A DNA stretch of 64,000 bases from the NCBI GenBank assembly GCA_051003195.1, contig JBPCLP010000025.1, forward strand, positions 1 through 64,000. Reading direction: 5' to 3'. The notes under the pieces are model-generated. The model saw nothing but the letters and a program-made list of their open reading frames with translations, did not search any database and was not told the DNA's origin. Each line of letters starts with the position of its first letter. Positions within the stretch are counted from its first letter, which is position 1. This stretch comes from Candidatus Sumerlaeaceae bacterium. Lineage in GTDB: Bacteria; Sumerlaeota; Sumerlaeia; Sumerlaeales; Sumerlaeaceae. Shown piece by piece: positions 10,516-19,218 of this stretch. The position numbers and the translations under genes were made by a program.

Positions 10516-11766
10516 ATGAATCTGCCCCGCCCGCTCGTGCCTCGGTTCTGTTTTGATATTGCATGGAGTGATCTTGCCGCTGGGGCGATGGCGTGCTGCT
10601 GGCGGCATGACTGCGCAACTGCTGCAAAACGTGCCGAATGTGCCTGGAGCACATCGAACGAAGTGATGGCCTGCCTGTCGGTGCGTACGGGTTTTGACCT
10701 GCTGCTGGAAGCGTTGAATCTTCCGGCGAATTCGGAAGTGTTGATGTCTGCGATCAGTATTGCGGAAATGTCGCAGATCATCGAAGCACATGATCTTGTG
10801 CCGGTCCCCGTGGACATTGACCCCGATACGCTTCAGCCGCGGCTCGAGCATTTGCAGGAAGCGGTGACGCCGCGCTCGCGCGTGCTGCTGGTTGCGCATC
10901 TGTTTGGCTCGCGGATGGATGTGGGACCACTCCAGGCATTCGCAGCAGAGCATCGACTGCTTCTCATCGAGGATTGCGCACAGGCGTTTACCGGTTCTCG
11001 CAATTGGGTGGACCCGCAATCGCTGGTCGCGATGTTCAGCTTCGGTCCCATCAAAACAGCCACGGCACTTGGAGGCGCGCTCCTCGTCGTCCGCGATGCG
11101 GAACTGCTTGAGAGGATGCGAGCGCTTGAGAGCAATTATCCGCTGCAACCTGTCAGCGAGTTTGCGGCGAAGGTAGCACGTTTCGTGGTATTGAAGCTTC
11201 TGTCGACACGCTGGATTTTCGGGCTGCTGTACTATGTTGCGACATTGCTGGGAAAAGAACTGGACCAAATGGTTGGCGGAGCAGCGCGCGGATTTGCGCC
11301 CGGCGCCCTGCTTCAACAGATCCGCCGACGTGCGTCTGCGCCTTTGCTGGTGCTGCTGGCAAGGCGGCTCCGGACGTATCCAGGCGCCGCTGTTGCCCGG
11401 CGCGCCGAAGCAGGACGCAGGCTCTCGGTGGCACTGCGGGGTGGGCCACTATACTTGCCAGGTGTGGATGCACCTGCGCATGCGTGGTGGGTATTTCCTG
11501 CGTGTGTGCCGGATCCGTTCGATTTTTGCCGCCGGCTGAGGGAGTTTGGATTCGATGCGACGCCCGGCGCATCTGCAATGCGCGTCATTGCTGGCCGCAA
11601 TGGGAGCACGGAATGCTGTCCGGGCGCGCGGCGGGTGTTGAAGGACGTGATGTATCTGCCGGTACAGCCCGGCTTAACGGACGCGGAAATTGATCGCCTT
11701 GCGGATTCGATTCGCGCTATTGCTGCAACGCGCGGTGACCATATTCCAAATAGAACTGGTTCCTGA
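10516..11766 (+). CDS. DegT/DnrJ/EryC1/StrS-like PLP-dependent aminotransferase
   Basis: PVPVDID, VAHLFG, IEDCAQAF, FSFGPIK motifs; 3' end overlaps the convergent gene by 50 bp. Confidence 0.85.
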   Translation: MNLPRPLVPRFCFDIAWSDLAAGAMACCWRHDCATAAKRAECAWSTSNEVMACLSVRTGFDLLLEALNLPANSEVLMSAISIAEMSQIIEAHDLVPVPVDIDPDTLQPRLEHLQEAVTPRSRVLLVAHLFGSRMDVGPLQAFAAEHRLLLIEDCAQAFTGSRNWVDPQSLVAMFSFGPIKTATALGGALLVVRDAELLERMRALESNYPLQPVSEFAAKVARFVVLKLLSTRWIFGLLYYVATLLGKELDQMVGGAARGFAPGALLQQIRRRASAPLLVLLARRLRTYPGAAVARRAEAGRRLSVALRGGPLYLPGVDAPAHAWWVFPACVPDPFDFCRRLREFGFDATPGASAMRVIAGRNGSTECCPGARRVLKDVMYLPVQPGLTDAEIDRLADSIRAIAATRGDHIPNRTGS

Positions 11767-13249
11767 AGATTTCTTCAGGGTCCAAGATGCGCTTGAGGTC
11801 AAAGAAGCGTCGCGCCTGCGGATACGCCCGATCAAATTGTTCGATGGAAGCATGCAGTCGATAGGGTAAATAGTAGCGGCCATTGCAGGCGAGGGCGGCA
11901 TCAATGAGATCGCTGGTGAGCGCCTGCATGGCGCTCTCCCCTGCCGCGGTACGCCGCTGATTAAACAGCATGACGAGGCACAGCATCGGCCCGTCGGCGT
12001 AGCGAAGGAATGTGTCGTGGTCTTGTGCTACGTCCCGTACGGTGATGTTGAGCAGATCGGCCCGGTGACGCGGAATGATCTTCTGCACCAGCCCCACGAA
12101 GCGGGCAAACCCGGATGGTGGAACGAAATACTCATGGAGTATGTCGGTATCCTGTTCGCTGCGGTTTTCGTAAACCTCGACGCCAACATCGAGCATATTA
12201 TTTCGAAACGTGGCGGTGGCACCAAGAGGGATCTCCAGGTTGCACTCACACCACCATCGCAGGTCCTTTCCGTACTCGCTGCCTACTGAGCCGCGAAAAA
12301 GATTTCTGCGCAGGTCAGGTTGCGGGAGGGTAACAAGCGGGGCGCTTGTACCCTGTGTATGGGGAATGGTGCGCCAGACGTTGAGCAGCGCCTGCTTTAA
12401 AAAACCTTTCGAGGTGATGTCGAGACGCCCATAGACCATACTCGCGCCAATTTGAACAGTCGCGCGCTGCTCCAGCGTCGACGCGTACAGCTCGACTGGC
12501 ACTTCGATGCGCTCCACTTTGTAGCGCTCGTTTGGAACCACACGCAGATCGACATCGAGAATAATACCGAACAGGCCATAGCCGCCGAGCACGAGCGAGA
12601 ACATCTCGGGGTTATCCTCCCTGCTGCAACGCACGATTTGACCATCGGCTTTCATGAGCCGGAAGCTCTCGACAGTCGAAGCAATGGGAGGGCGACGCGT
12701 TTGCCAACCGTGGCAATTTACGCTGATCGAACCACCGACCGAGAAAGAGCTGTTGGATTGCATGACGGCAACAGAGCGGCCGTACTGGTTAAGATACGGA
12801 ACAATCTCGGACCAGCGCGCACCGGCGCCAACGTGGAGTATGTCGGTGGTGGTATCCAGATGCATATAATTGAAAGGCAGCATATCGACCGCGATGCCGC
12901 CTGGATATATAGTATGCCCGCCCATGGAATGCCGCGCGCCGGCTATGCTGACGGCGAGCTTATCACGCGTCGCACGCGCAATCAGGTCGCGAAGTTGCGC
13001 CTCCGCCGTCGCTGTCGTTGCTGCAACCTTGATTGCCTGTGTAATGGTCGTGGCATTCAGCCTGCTCGCATCATTTACGACTCCATTGCCTGTTATCGGA
13101 GCAGTCGCAGTGTCGCGCGATGCGGCTCGCCACACATGCAGTGCAGGTTTCGCAATTGCGACCAGTATGGCGATCAGAAGTAGCCCACCAATCGCGAAGA
13201 GCCAGCGCAGCGAGCGCGGGAACATGCGTCGGAGCGAACTGCTTTTCAT
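11717..13249 (-). CDS. FAD-binding oxidoreductase (VAO/PCMH-type, lactone-oxidase-like)
   Basis: SIAGARHSMGG, VGGSISVNCHG, LGGYGLFGII, K..LDP..IFRN motifs; N-terminal membrane anchor. Confidence 0.88.
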   Translation of the reverse strand: MKSSSLRRMFPRSLRWLFAIGGLLLIAILVAIAKPALHVWRAASRDTATAPITGNGVVNDASRLNATTITQAIKVAATTATAEAQLRDLIARATRDKLAVSIAGARHSMGGHTIYPGGIAVDMLPFNYMHLDTTTDILHVGAGARWSEIVPYLNQYGRSVAVMQSNSSFSVGGSISVNCHGWQTRRPPIASTVESFRLMKADGQIVRCSREDNPEMFSLVLGGYGLFGIILDVDLRVVPNERYKVERIEVPVELYASTLEQRATVQIGASMVYGRLDITSKGFLKQALLNVWRTIPHTQGTSAPLVTLPQPDLRRNLFRGSVGSEYGKDLRWWCECNLEIPLGATATFRNNMLDVGVEVYENRSEQDTDILHEYFVPPSGFARFVGLVQKIIPRHRADLLNITVRDVAQDHDTFLRYADGPMLCLVMLFNQRRTAAGESAMQALTSDLIDAALACNGRYYLPYRLHASIEQFDRAYPQARRFFDLKRILDPEEIFRNQFYLEYGHRALQQ

Positions 13250-13308
13250 GTTATGGTATCGCTATCATTGCGTGTTCGTTGCATCGTTCCAAGGCAAACG
13301 CCATAGCA

Positions 13309-13371
13309 ACGGAGAAATTCCATGCTTAAACGGGAAAATTCCCTGCTTGCACGGGAAAATTCCCTGCTTGC
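13309..13371. repeat. Three tandem 21-bp units ACGGGAAAATTCCCTGCTTGC in a divergent intergenic region
   Basis: Copies at 13309 (degenerate), 13330 and 13351 (identical). Confidence 0.9.
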
Positions 13372-13405
13372 ATCGGTGGGTGATTGTCCTGCTTTTGTTT
13401 TCGCC

Positions 13406-14197
13406 GTGACGAATATCTTGCAATTTTTCAGCTCTCTGCGCCTGGCGGACTTTCTCGACATCGCGGTCGTAACTGCGCTGTTCTTCGGGCTGTTGCTCGT
13501 GCTCAGGGAAACACGCTCCACCGCAGCCATGCGCGGCGTGCTGGGAGCAATCGTGGGATGTTTCCTCGTATACACGCTGGCCCGTTGGCTTGGGCTTACC
13601 GCCACGGCGATGCTGTTCGAGCGGTTCTGGATCGTGATCTTCCTGGCGTTGCTCATCATCTTCCAGAACGAGTTCCGCAAGGCGCTGATGGACGTGGGGC
13701 AGTTGCGCGCATTCCGCCGGTTCTTCACCGGCGGCGGCGCGCTGGCCATTGACGAAGTGCTGAAAGCGGTCCGCACTTTCTCGCGTCAAAAGGTGGGCAC
13801 GCTGTTGTGCATCGAGCGGCGCGACAGCCTCAAGGTGTATGCCGAAACCGGGACGGAGATCGACGCGGTTATAACAAGTGAACTGCTGCGCACGATCTTC
13901 ATGACGTATTCGCCGTTGCACGACGGCGCGGTCGTATTGCGCGGCGACCGGATCATTGCGGCAGGCTGCATTTTGCCGCTGAGCAGCAACCCAACGCTGA
14001 GCAAGGAACTCGGTACACGCCATCGCGCGGGACTGGGCCTGACGGACGAGACCGATGCAGCAGTAATCATTGTGAGCGAGGAGACAGGAATCATTTCGCT
14101 CGCCGTAGGTGGAAAACTTGAGCGTCACCACACGCAGGAAAGCCTGCGCGAGGCACTTCAGGAGCTAATGGATGTTGAAGAAGACGCCAAGGATTAG
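13406..14197 (+). CDS. cdaA: Diadenylate cyclase CdaA (3 TM + DAC domain)
   Basis: IIFQNEFR, SPLHDGA, LGTRHRA, VSEETG motifs; GTG start inferred (ORF extends upstream into the repeat). Confidence 0.93.
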   Translation: MTNILQFFSSLRLADFLDIAVVTALFFGLLLVLRETRSTAAMRGVLGAIVGCFLVYTLARWLGLTATAMLFERFWIVIFLALLIIFQNEFRKALMDVGQLRAFRRFFTGGGALAIDEVLKAVRTFSRQKVGTLLCIERRDSLKVYAETGTEIDAVITSELLRTIFMTYSPLHDGAVVLRGDRIIAAGCILPLSSNPTLSKELGTRHRAGLGLTDETDAAVIIVSEETGIISLAVGGKLERHHTQESLREALQELMDVEEDAKD

Positions 14198-15251
14198 GAT
14201 CACAGAAAACGTCAACCTGTTGCTGGCGTCGTTCGCGCTCGCGTTTTTGACGTGGGTATTCGCGAAATCGGGCGAGGTGCAGGAAGCTAACCTGTACGTG
14301 CCGGTGAGTATTGCGAGTGTTGACCCTCGCTATGAAGTCGAAGTCCAGCCGCCCACGATGCTCGTGCGGGTGCGATATGGCAAGGAAGCCGCGCCCTATA
14401 TCAATAGTGAGAACTTCCGGTTCCAGGTCGACACGGCAGACCTGCGCCAGAACCTCGGCGTCGAGTGGAAGGCGAAGTCGATGCCGCTTTCCGAGAAGGA
14501 CCTGATCGCGAACATCCCGTCGCGCTTCGACGTGGTGAAGATCGGAACGCAGAGCAACACCGTGGACGTACGCATGCGCTACCATGCACTGGCGGCAACG
14601 GTGGAGGCAGACATTGCGGGGGCAGATCGCCTGCCGGAGGGCTACCAGCTCGTGACGCCTGTGAAGGTATCCCCGAACGAGGTTTGGCTGTCGGGCGATA
14701 TGGATATTCTCAAGAACGTCCCACGCGACGATGTAACCAGCCGCGTTCGCCTGACCACCGAAAGGATTAATATCGCCGGCCACAAGCAGAGCTCGCTTGA
14801 AACCGTACCCATCAAGCTGCCGCCGGGAGTGGAACTGGTCCAGCGCCAGTCGAACACTGCCGAAGTGAACATAGAAATCCAGGAAGTGCAGACGGTGCGA
14901 GAGATTCGCGGCGTAAAACTCGACTTCCAGGCAGTGGCGGCTGACAGTGTTCAGTTACAGTACCAGGAAAAGAGCGCAACGGTCAGCGTGTTTGGCCCAC
15001 AAAGCATGATCAAGCAGCTGACGCCGGACTCGCTGAAGATCATGCTGATCCGGCCGCCGGAGGAAGTACCGGGAACCGCGGTTGATCTGCCGCTGGAGGC
15101 GCATTTTGCTCCGGCTGTATCAGAAGATGTTCGCGCCCGCGTGACGATTCGGTCCATCGAACCAAAGATTATCCACGTTCAATACGTAGCCGGCGGCAAA
15201 ACGGAAGCGGCTGCTCCGGATCCAACCACCACCGAGCCGCTCGTCCCGTAA
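14172..15251 (+). CDS. ybbR: YbbR-like CdaA regulator (CdaR)
   Basis: Directly downstream of cdaA; single N-terminal TM followed by beta-rich repeats (P..V.L.G, LPEGY). Confidence 0.75.
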   Translation: MLKKTPRIRITENVNLLLASFALAFLTWVFAKSGEVQEANLYVPVSIASVDPRYEVEVQPPTMLVRVRYGKEAAPYINSENFRFQVDTADLRQNLGVEWKAKSMPLSEKDLIANIPSRFDVVKIGTQSNTVDVRMRYHALAATVEADIAGADRLPEGYQLVTPVKVSPNEVWLSGDMDILKNVPRDDVTSRVRLTTERINIAGHKQSSLETVPIKLPPGVELVQRQSNTAEVNIEIQEVQTVREIRGVKLDFQAVAADSVQLQYQEKSATVSVFGPQSMIKQLTPDSLKIMLIRPPEEVPGTAVDLPLEAHFAPAVSEDVRARVTIRSIEPKIIHVQYVAGGKTEAAAPDPTTTEPLVP

Positions 15252-15285
15252 GGCAAGCAGGAGCCCGATTACTGCCCCCATTTGG

Positions 15286-16362
15286 CTAAGCCGCCCTGGT
15301 CAGAAGTTGCCGTGAATTGCGCCGCGCCTGTTTTGTCGTTCGCTTTTCCGTGATTGCCGCGTTGACCACGTGGCCCCATTCCGCAATGGAAGACACGAAC
15401 AGATCTGCGGGCACGCGGTCCGGCCGTGCTTCCACATTGTTCTGCCATGCGATCTTCATCCACTCGTTCTTAATGAAAGTTCGGCAGGCGGGTTCACGGT
15501 CAGAATTTCGAGTGCCGCTGAGGTCCACCATTTGCTCGAAAACCCGGTTGTATTCTGCGACGTGCGGATGCTCGAGCCAGTTGAGCGCAGAATCCGGAGA
15601 AAACGGAGGTGGTCCCGCAACAACACGCGATGATGGCTTTTCCGCCGATCTGCCTTCGTCCGCGTTCTGCCCCAACGGACGCCTTACCGGGAGTGGTGCA
15701 CCGCGGTCTTCGAGGTCCTGGGTGAAGAACTCGGATATGCACGACAACGATAGAACTGCATCCACAAAGCTGCGCTTTTTGGAGATCTTCAGGACTGTGT
15801 TGAATGCATCGGCTACATCCGCATTCTCAACCTGCCCGATGCGCTGATTAAGGATGGCGGGGTCGTTTGCGCCGAAGCTGGCACCGCAGCCTCCGGCACG
15901 AACGCCGCAGAAAAATCCACCGGCCCTGGAGCTGCGAATCGTCTCAGCTCTACACCTCGGACAGCTCCGGTTCTGGTTCCGATATCGATACTTCTTCTCG
16001 AGGGAAGAACAGCTGCCGACGCCGCTACCCACCTTCAGTCCGGTCGCACGCGAAATCAGGGTCGTCTTCACGACATAATCGACGTGCTTATCCCCCACAT
16101 CACGGCGATCTACTTCATAGTCAGGATACACGTCAAAGAACATGCAGATCTTCTGCGCGCCCGGCTGCAGCAGGGTCGGCTGATCGCCAAAGCCGGCGAC
16201 GCTGCCATAGTCTGCGCCGTCGCGCAGTTGCTCGTAAATGAACTGCCGAACGAGTCGCAACTGCTCGATGGTAGCCTGGATCTGCCGGGAACTGACACCC
16301 GCGATGATGTTCGGGCTGCTGCCGGACACCGTCGCCATGCCACTGCTGTGAATGTCAAACAT
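15286..16362 (-). CDS. Phage-type protein with PTLLQPGAQK and NTVLKISKKRSFVDAVL..FTQDLED motifs plus a CxxC..C..C zinc ribbon; putative single-strand annealing/recombination protein
   Basis: Motifs recalled from a phage/prophage protein family; function is inference. Confidence 0.6.
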   Translation of the reverse strand: MFDIHSSGMATVSGSSPNIIAGVSSRQIQATIEQLRLVRQFIYEQLRDGADYGSVAGFGDQPTLLQPGAQKICMFFDVYPDYEVDRRDVGDKHVDYVVKTTLISRATGLKVGSGVGSCSSLEKKYRYRNQNRSCPRCRAETIRSSRAGGFFCGVRAGGCGASFGANDPAILNQRIGQVENADVADAFNTVLKISKKRSFVDAVLSLSCISEFFTQDLEDRGAPLPVRRPLGQNADEGRSAEKPSSRVVAGPPPFSPDSALNWLEHPHVAEYNRVFEQMVDLSGTRNSDREPACRTFIKNEWMKIAWQNNVEARPDRVPADLFVSSIAEWGHVVNAAITEKRTTKQARRNSRQLLTRAA

Positions 16363-16431
16363 GCGCTGAACCTCGGATTCTAGTCCAATTTCGGTCCGGC
16401 AGACAAGGCCTGCCAGCCGCGAAACAAATAC

Positions 16432-16447
16432 TAGAACATCAGTTCTA
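16432..16447. promoter_or_regulatory. Putative LexA (SOS) box TAGAAC-ATCA-GTTCTA
   Basis: Perfect 6-bp arms, GAAC-N4-GTTC core, 70 bp upstream of the 16362 start and just downstream of TTGAAT on the minus strand. Confidence 0.6.
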
Positions 16448-16520
16448 TATTCAATGCGGATGAAAAGTTTTCCACAGGGAACATTTGCCTTAAACGCAGC
16501 TAAGCCAGCGTCTGGCGCAC

Positions 16521-17249
16521 CTAGTTGAACAGTTGCCAGTCCCGCACGGCGCTTATCACGGCAGTATAGGTCACGGTGAGAACCGGCTGGTCGGACACGG
16601 CGCCTTCCGAGCTTGCATATTCACGCGCGGATTTCTGGGTCGCCTCGTCGCCAATCACGATCCAGCCGAAATTCTGCGCGGCATTGGTGACCCATCCCTG
16701 CACGTCCGCAACCATGGTGGCGCTGCTCCAGGTGAAGGTGCTGAAGGTGAGGCTCCCAATATTGGTGGTGGCGCTGCTGCCGGCAACGAAATCGCCCCCG
16801 GGCGTTGTCCAGGCGGTTGTATTGAGCTGGGCTGAACTCCACGTCGCCGTCCCGGAAGTAACCAGGCCATTCGCGCCGGTCCCCGTGCTTGTACCCTCAG
16901 TCCATGCGCGTGTGACACGATGCAGTCTCTGCGGGGTCGGAGAAGGCCCGGTTGCAGGCGCTTTCGTCATCAGCATCGCCAGCGAAACACTCGTTACTGA
17001 TGCGTTCGACGGGATGGAAGCGACGTTAAACCGTAGAAGCATGTGACGCAGTCCATGCGATTCCGTAGCGCCGACATACGCTGTCGGCCCGCCTCCATTA
17101 TTGGAGGATGTGTTGTCCGAATAGAGCGTCGCGTCCTCCGTTACGGTGGACCCGCTAAACGTGGCGGTTACGCAACTGGCCGATCCGCATGCGAAGAGGC
17201 ACATGGCGATCGCCATGAGTTTCAAAGTTTCTTTAGATTTCAACTGCAT
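16521..17249 (-). CDS. Secreted DNRLRE-domain protein
   Basis: Signal peptide; EDATLYSD, LLRFNVASIP, W..PGGDF, NFGWI, SSE..P.LTVTY; tail SAVRDWQLFN. Confidence 0.85.
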   Translation of the reverse strand: MQLKSKETLKLMAIAMCLFACGSASCVTATFSGSTVTEDATLYSDNTSSNNGGGPTAYVGATESHGLRHMLLRFNVASIPSNASVTSVSLAMLMTKAPATGPSPTPQRLHRVTRAWTEGTSTGTGANGLVTSGTATWSSAQLNTTAWTTPGGDFVAGSSATTNIGSLTFSTFTWSSATMVADVQGWVTNAAQNFGWIVIGDEATQKSAREYASSEGAVSDQPVLTVTYTAVISAVRDWQLFN

Positions 17250-17359
17250 CGTTCATATGTCCTGTCTTCAAGTTCGGTTTCTGACGTCGTTTTGATCCAC
17301 TTGCGTCATCAAAACGGCAGGTGTGCATTAGACTCGGCGGCATGTTCACAAACATGTGA

Positions 17360-17450
17360 TTTCGTGTCAAGCAGCACCGCCAGCGGGCCAGGCAGTTCAG
17401 TACGCGCGCGGACAACCTGACCATCACCCGTTGCAACTCTTGACACGAAA
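17360..17450. promoter_or_regulatory. Identical 12-bp motif CTTGACACGAAA on opposite strands of a divergent promoter region
   Basis: TTTCGTGTCAAG at 17360-17371 and CTTGACACGAAA at 17439-17450. Confidence 0.55.
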
Positions 17451-17489
17451 CGTGGATGGGTCTGCGGTGCTGAACAGAGGGTTTAATCC

Positions 17490-19082
17490 ATGGGCTCCAC
17501 ATTTGCTGGTGTAGACGCACGATGCAGCATCGTTGCCATTCTCGGTGCCGCCCTGTTGTGCGCAGCACCCGCAGGCGCGGTAACGTTCAGCGAACAAGGT
17601 GCTACCGTATTGCTCGAGTCGCCGGCTTCTCCCCTGGTTGAAGCCCGCGGTGCATCCTTTGCAGACATTGATAACGATGGCGATCCTGACCTGCTGATCC
17701 AAGGTGCGTCCAGTGCACGTCGTATGTTCCTGAATAACCGCATCGGCCTGGGCACCAGCACATACACGAAGATTACCACAGGGCCGGTAAGCAGTAGTGA
17801 CGGTCCGGGCTGGAGTGCTGCGTGGGGCGACTATAACTCCGATGGCCTGGTGGACGTGTTTGAGGGCCAAAGCAACCAGAGCGCCGCGCCGGGCGACCGT
17901 GGAGATCTATATAGAAACAACGGCGGCACGTTTACCAATGTGAGCGCCAGCACCATCAACGACCCAGGTTTTCACCAGGACCTGGCATGGTGCGACATCG
18001 ACAAGGATGGCGACCTGGACCTGCTTATCGGCATGGAAGGCCCGGAAAAACACGAAATCTATCTCCAGGGCGCTGGCGGAACATTCACCCAGGCCGGCGC
18101 GACGCTCGGTTTGCATATACCCTATGGCACAAAAGCTTACGGAATGGCGGTCGGCGACACGGACGGCGATGGCGACAGTGAAATCTACATGTCGACATGC
18201 ATCGCGACGCAGGTTATCCGAAACAACTTTTTCGAGAACATCACCAGCACCACGATCTATGGCTTTGCGTTCCGAGATATAGCAGATACGAACGGCACCC
18301 AGTACCTTGCCAATAGCTACTCCGCGGGATTCTATGATTTTGACGACGATGGCGACCTGGACCTGTACATGGTGGGCGCCGACGGCAAGCCGAGTAAAAT
18401 CTTTCGTAATAACGGAGGGAACAATTTCACGGACGTAGACGCCCTGACCGGGCACGCGCTGTTCCTGGTGCAGGGAGGCGACCTGAACGGAGGCGAAGCG
18501 ATCGACTTTGATAACGACGGCGACCTCGATGTCTACGCGCATGACCACCTTGCCAGCGGTTCACTGAACATTGCGCGTCGTTTGTACGGCAATATTGGCA
18601 ATTGGGAATTCACCGACGTGACGGCGGCCGAGGGCCTTGGGGGAACATGCGAAGGCGGTTATGACAGCGCATGGGCAGACTTCGACCTGGATGGTGATAT
18701 GGACCTGTGTTTCCCGAACGACGCGGGCTTTCCCGAGCGGTTCTTCGTCAGCACTGCTTCGACAAACGGGAACAAGTGGTTGTCGGTACGGCTGCAAGGC
18801 GCCGCGCCGAACACCCGGGCAATTGGTGCGCGTGTTTACGCAACGATTCACAAGAATACCGTTAACGAACGGACGCTTCGCAGGGATGCCAATACCAATG
18901 CGCTGGCATTTCACCAGAGCGATCTCCCGGTACACTTCGGCCTTGGTGCGGCAACCGTCGTGGATGAGCTGAAGGTCATGTGGCCAAATGGAACTCAGTC
19001 CGTGTACACGAACGTCGCGCCGAATCAGTACTTTGTTGCCACCATGCCAGCAGCAGGTATTAAGAACTGGGAGTTGTACTAG
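17490..19082 (+). CDS. Secreted FG-GAP repeat / ASPIC-UnbV (CRTAC1 family) protein
   Basis: Multiple D.DNDGD.DL repeats; AIGARV..HFGLG..V.WPNG ASPIC domain; tail AGIKNWELY. Confidence 0.92.
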   Translation: MGSTFAGVDARCSIVAILGAALLCAAPAGAVTFSEQGATVLLESPASPLVEARGASFADIDNDGDPDLLIQGASSARRMFLNNRIGLGTSTYTKITTGPVSSSDGPGWSAAWGDYNSDGLVDVFEGQSNQSAAPGDRGDLYRNNGGTFTNVSASTINDPGFHQDLAWCDIDKDGDLDLLIGMEGPEKHEIYLQGAGGTFTQAGATLGLHIPYGTKAYGMAVGDTDGDGDSEIYMSTCIATQVIRNNFFENITSTTIYGFAFRDIADTNGTQYLANSYSAGFYDFDDDGDLDLYMVGADGKPSKIFRNNGGNNFTDVDALTGHALFLVQGGDLNGGEAIDFDNDGDLDVYAHDHLASGSLNIARRLYGNIGNWEFTDVTAAEGLGGTCEGGYDSAWADFDLDGDMDLCFPNDAGFPERFFVSTASTNGNKWLSVRLQGAAPNTRAIGARVYATIHKNTVNERTLRRDANTNALAFHQSDLPVHFGLGAATVVDELKVMWPNGTQSVYTNVAPNQYFVATMPAAGIKNWELY

Positions 19083-19134
19083 TGAGCCGAACCAGATGTC
19101 TCTATCCAGTTTGAACGTGGAAGCATGAACTCAG

Positions 19135-19171
19135 TTCGGCACACAAAACTGATTACGAACTAACGGTAGAC
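19135..19171. repeat. 37-bp repeat, inverted partner at 24613-24649 (35/37)
   Basis: TTCGGCACACAAAACTGATTACGAACTAACGGTAGAC. Confidence 0.85.
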
Positions 19172-19218
19172 GACACTGAGATTTCAGTCTCCACTGCATT
19201 GAAACAGCCGGTCGCTGG

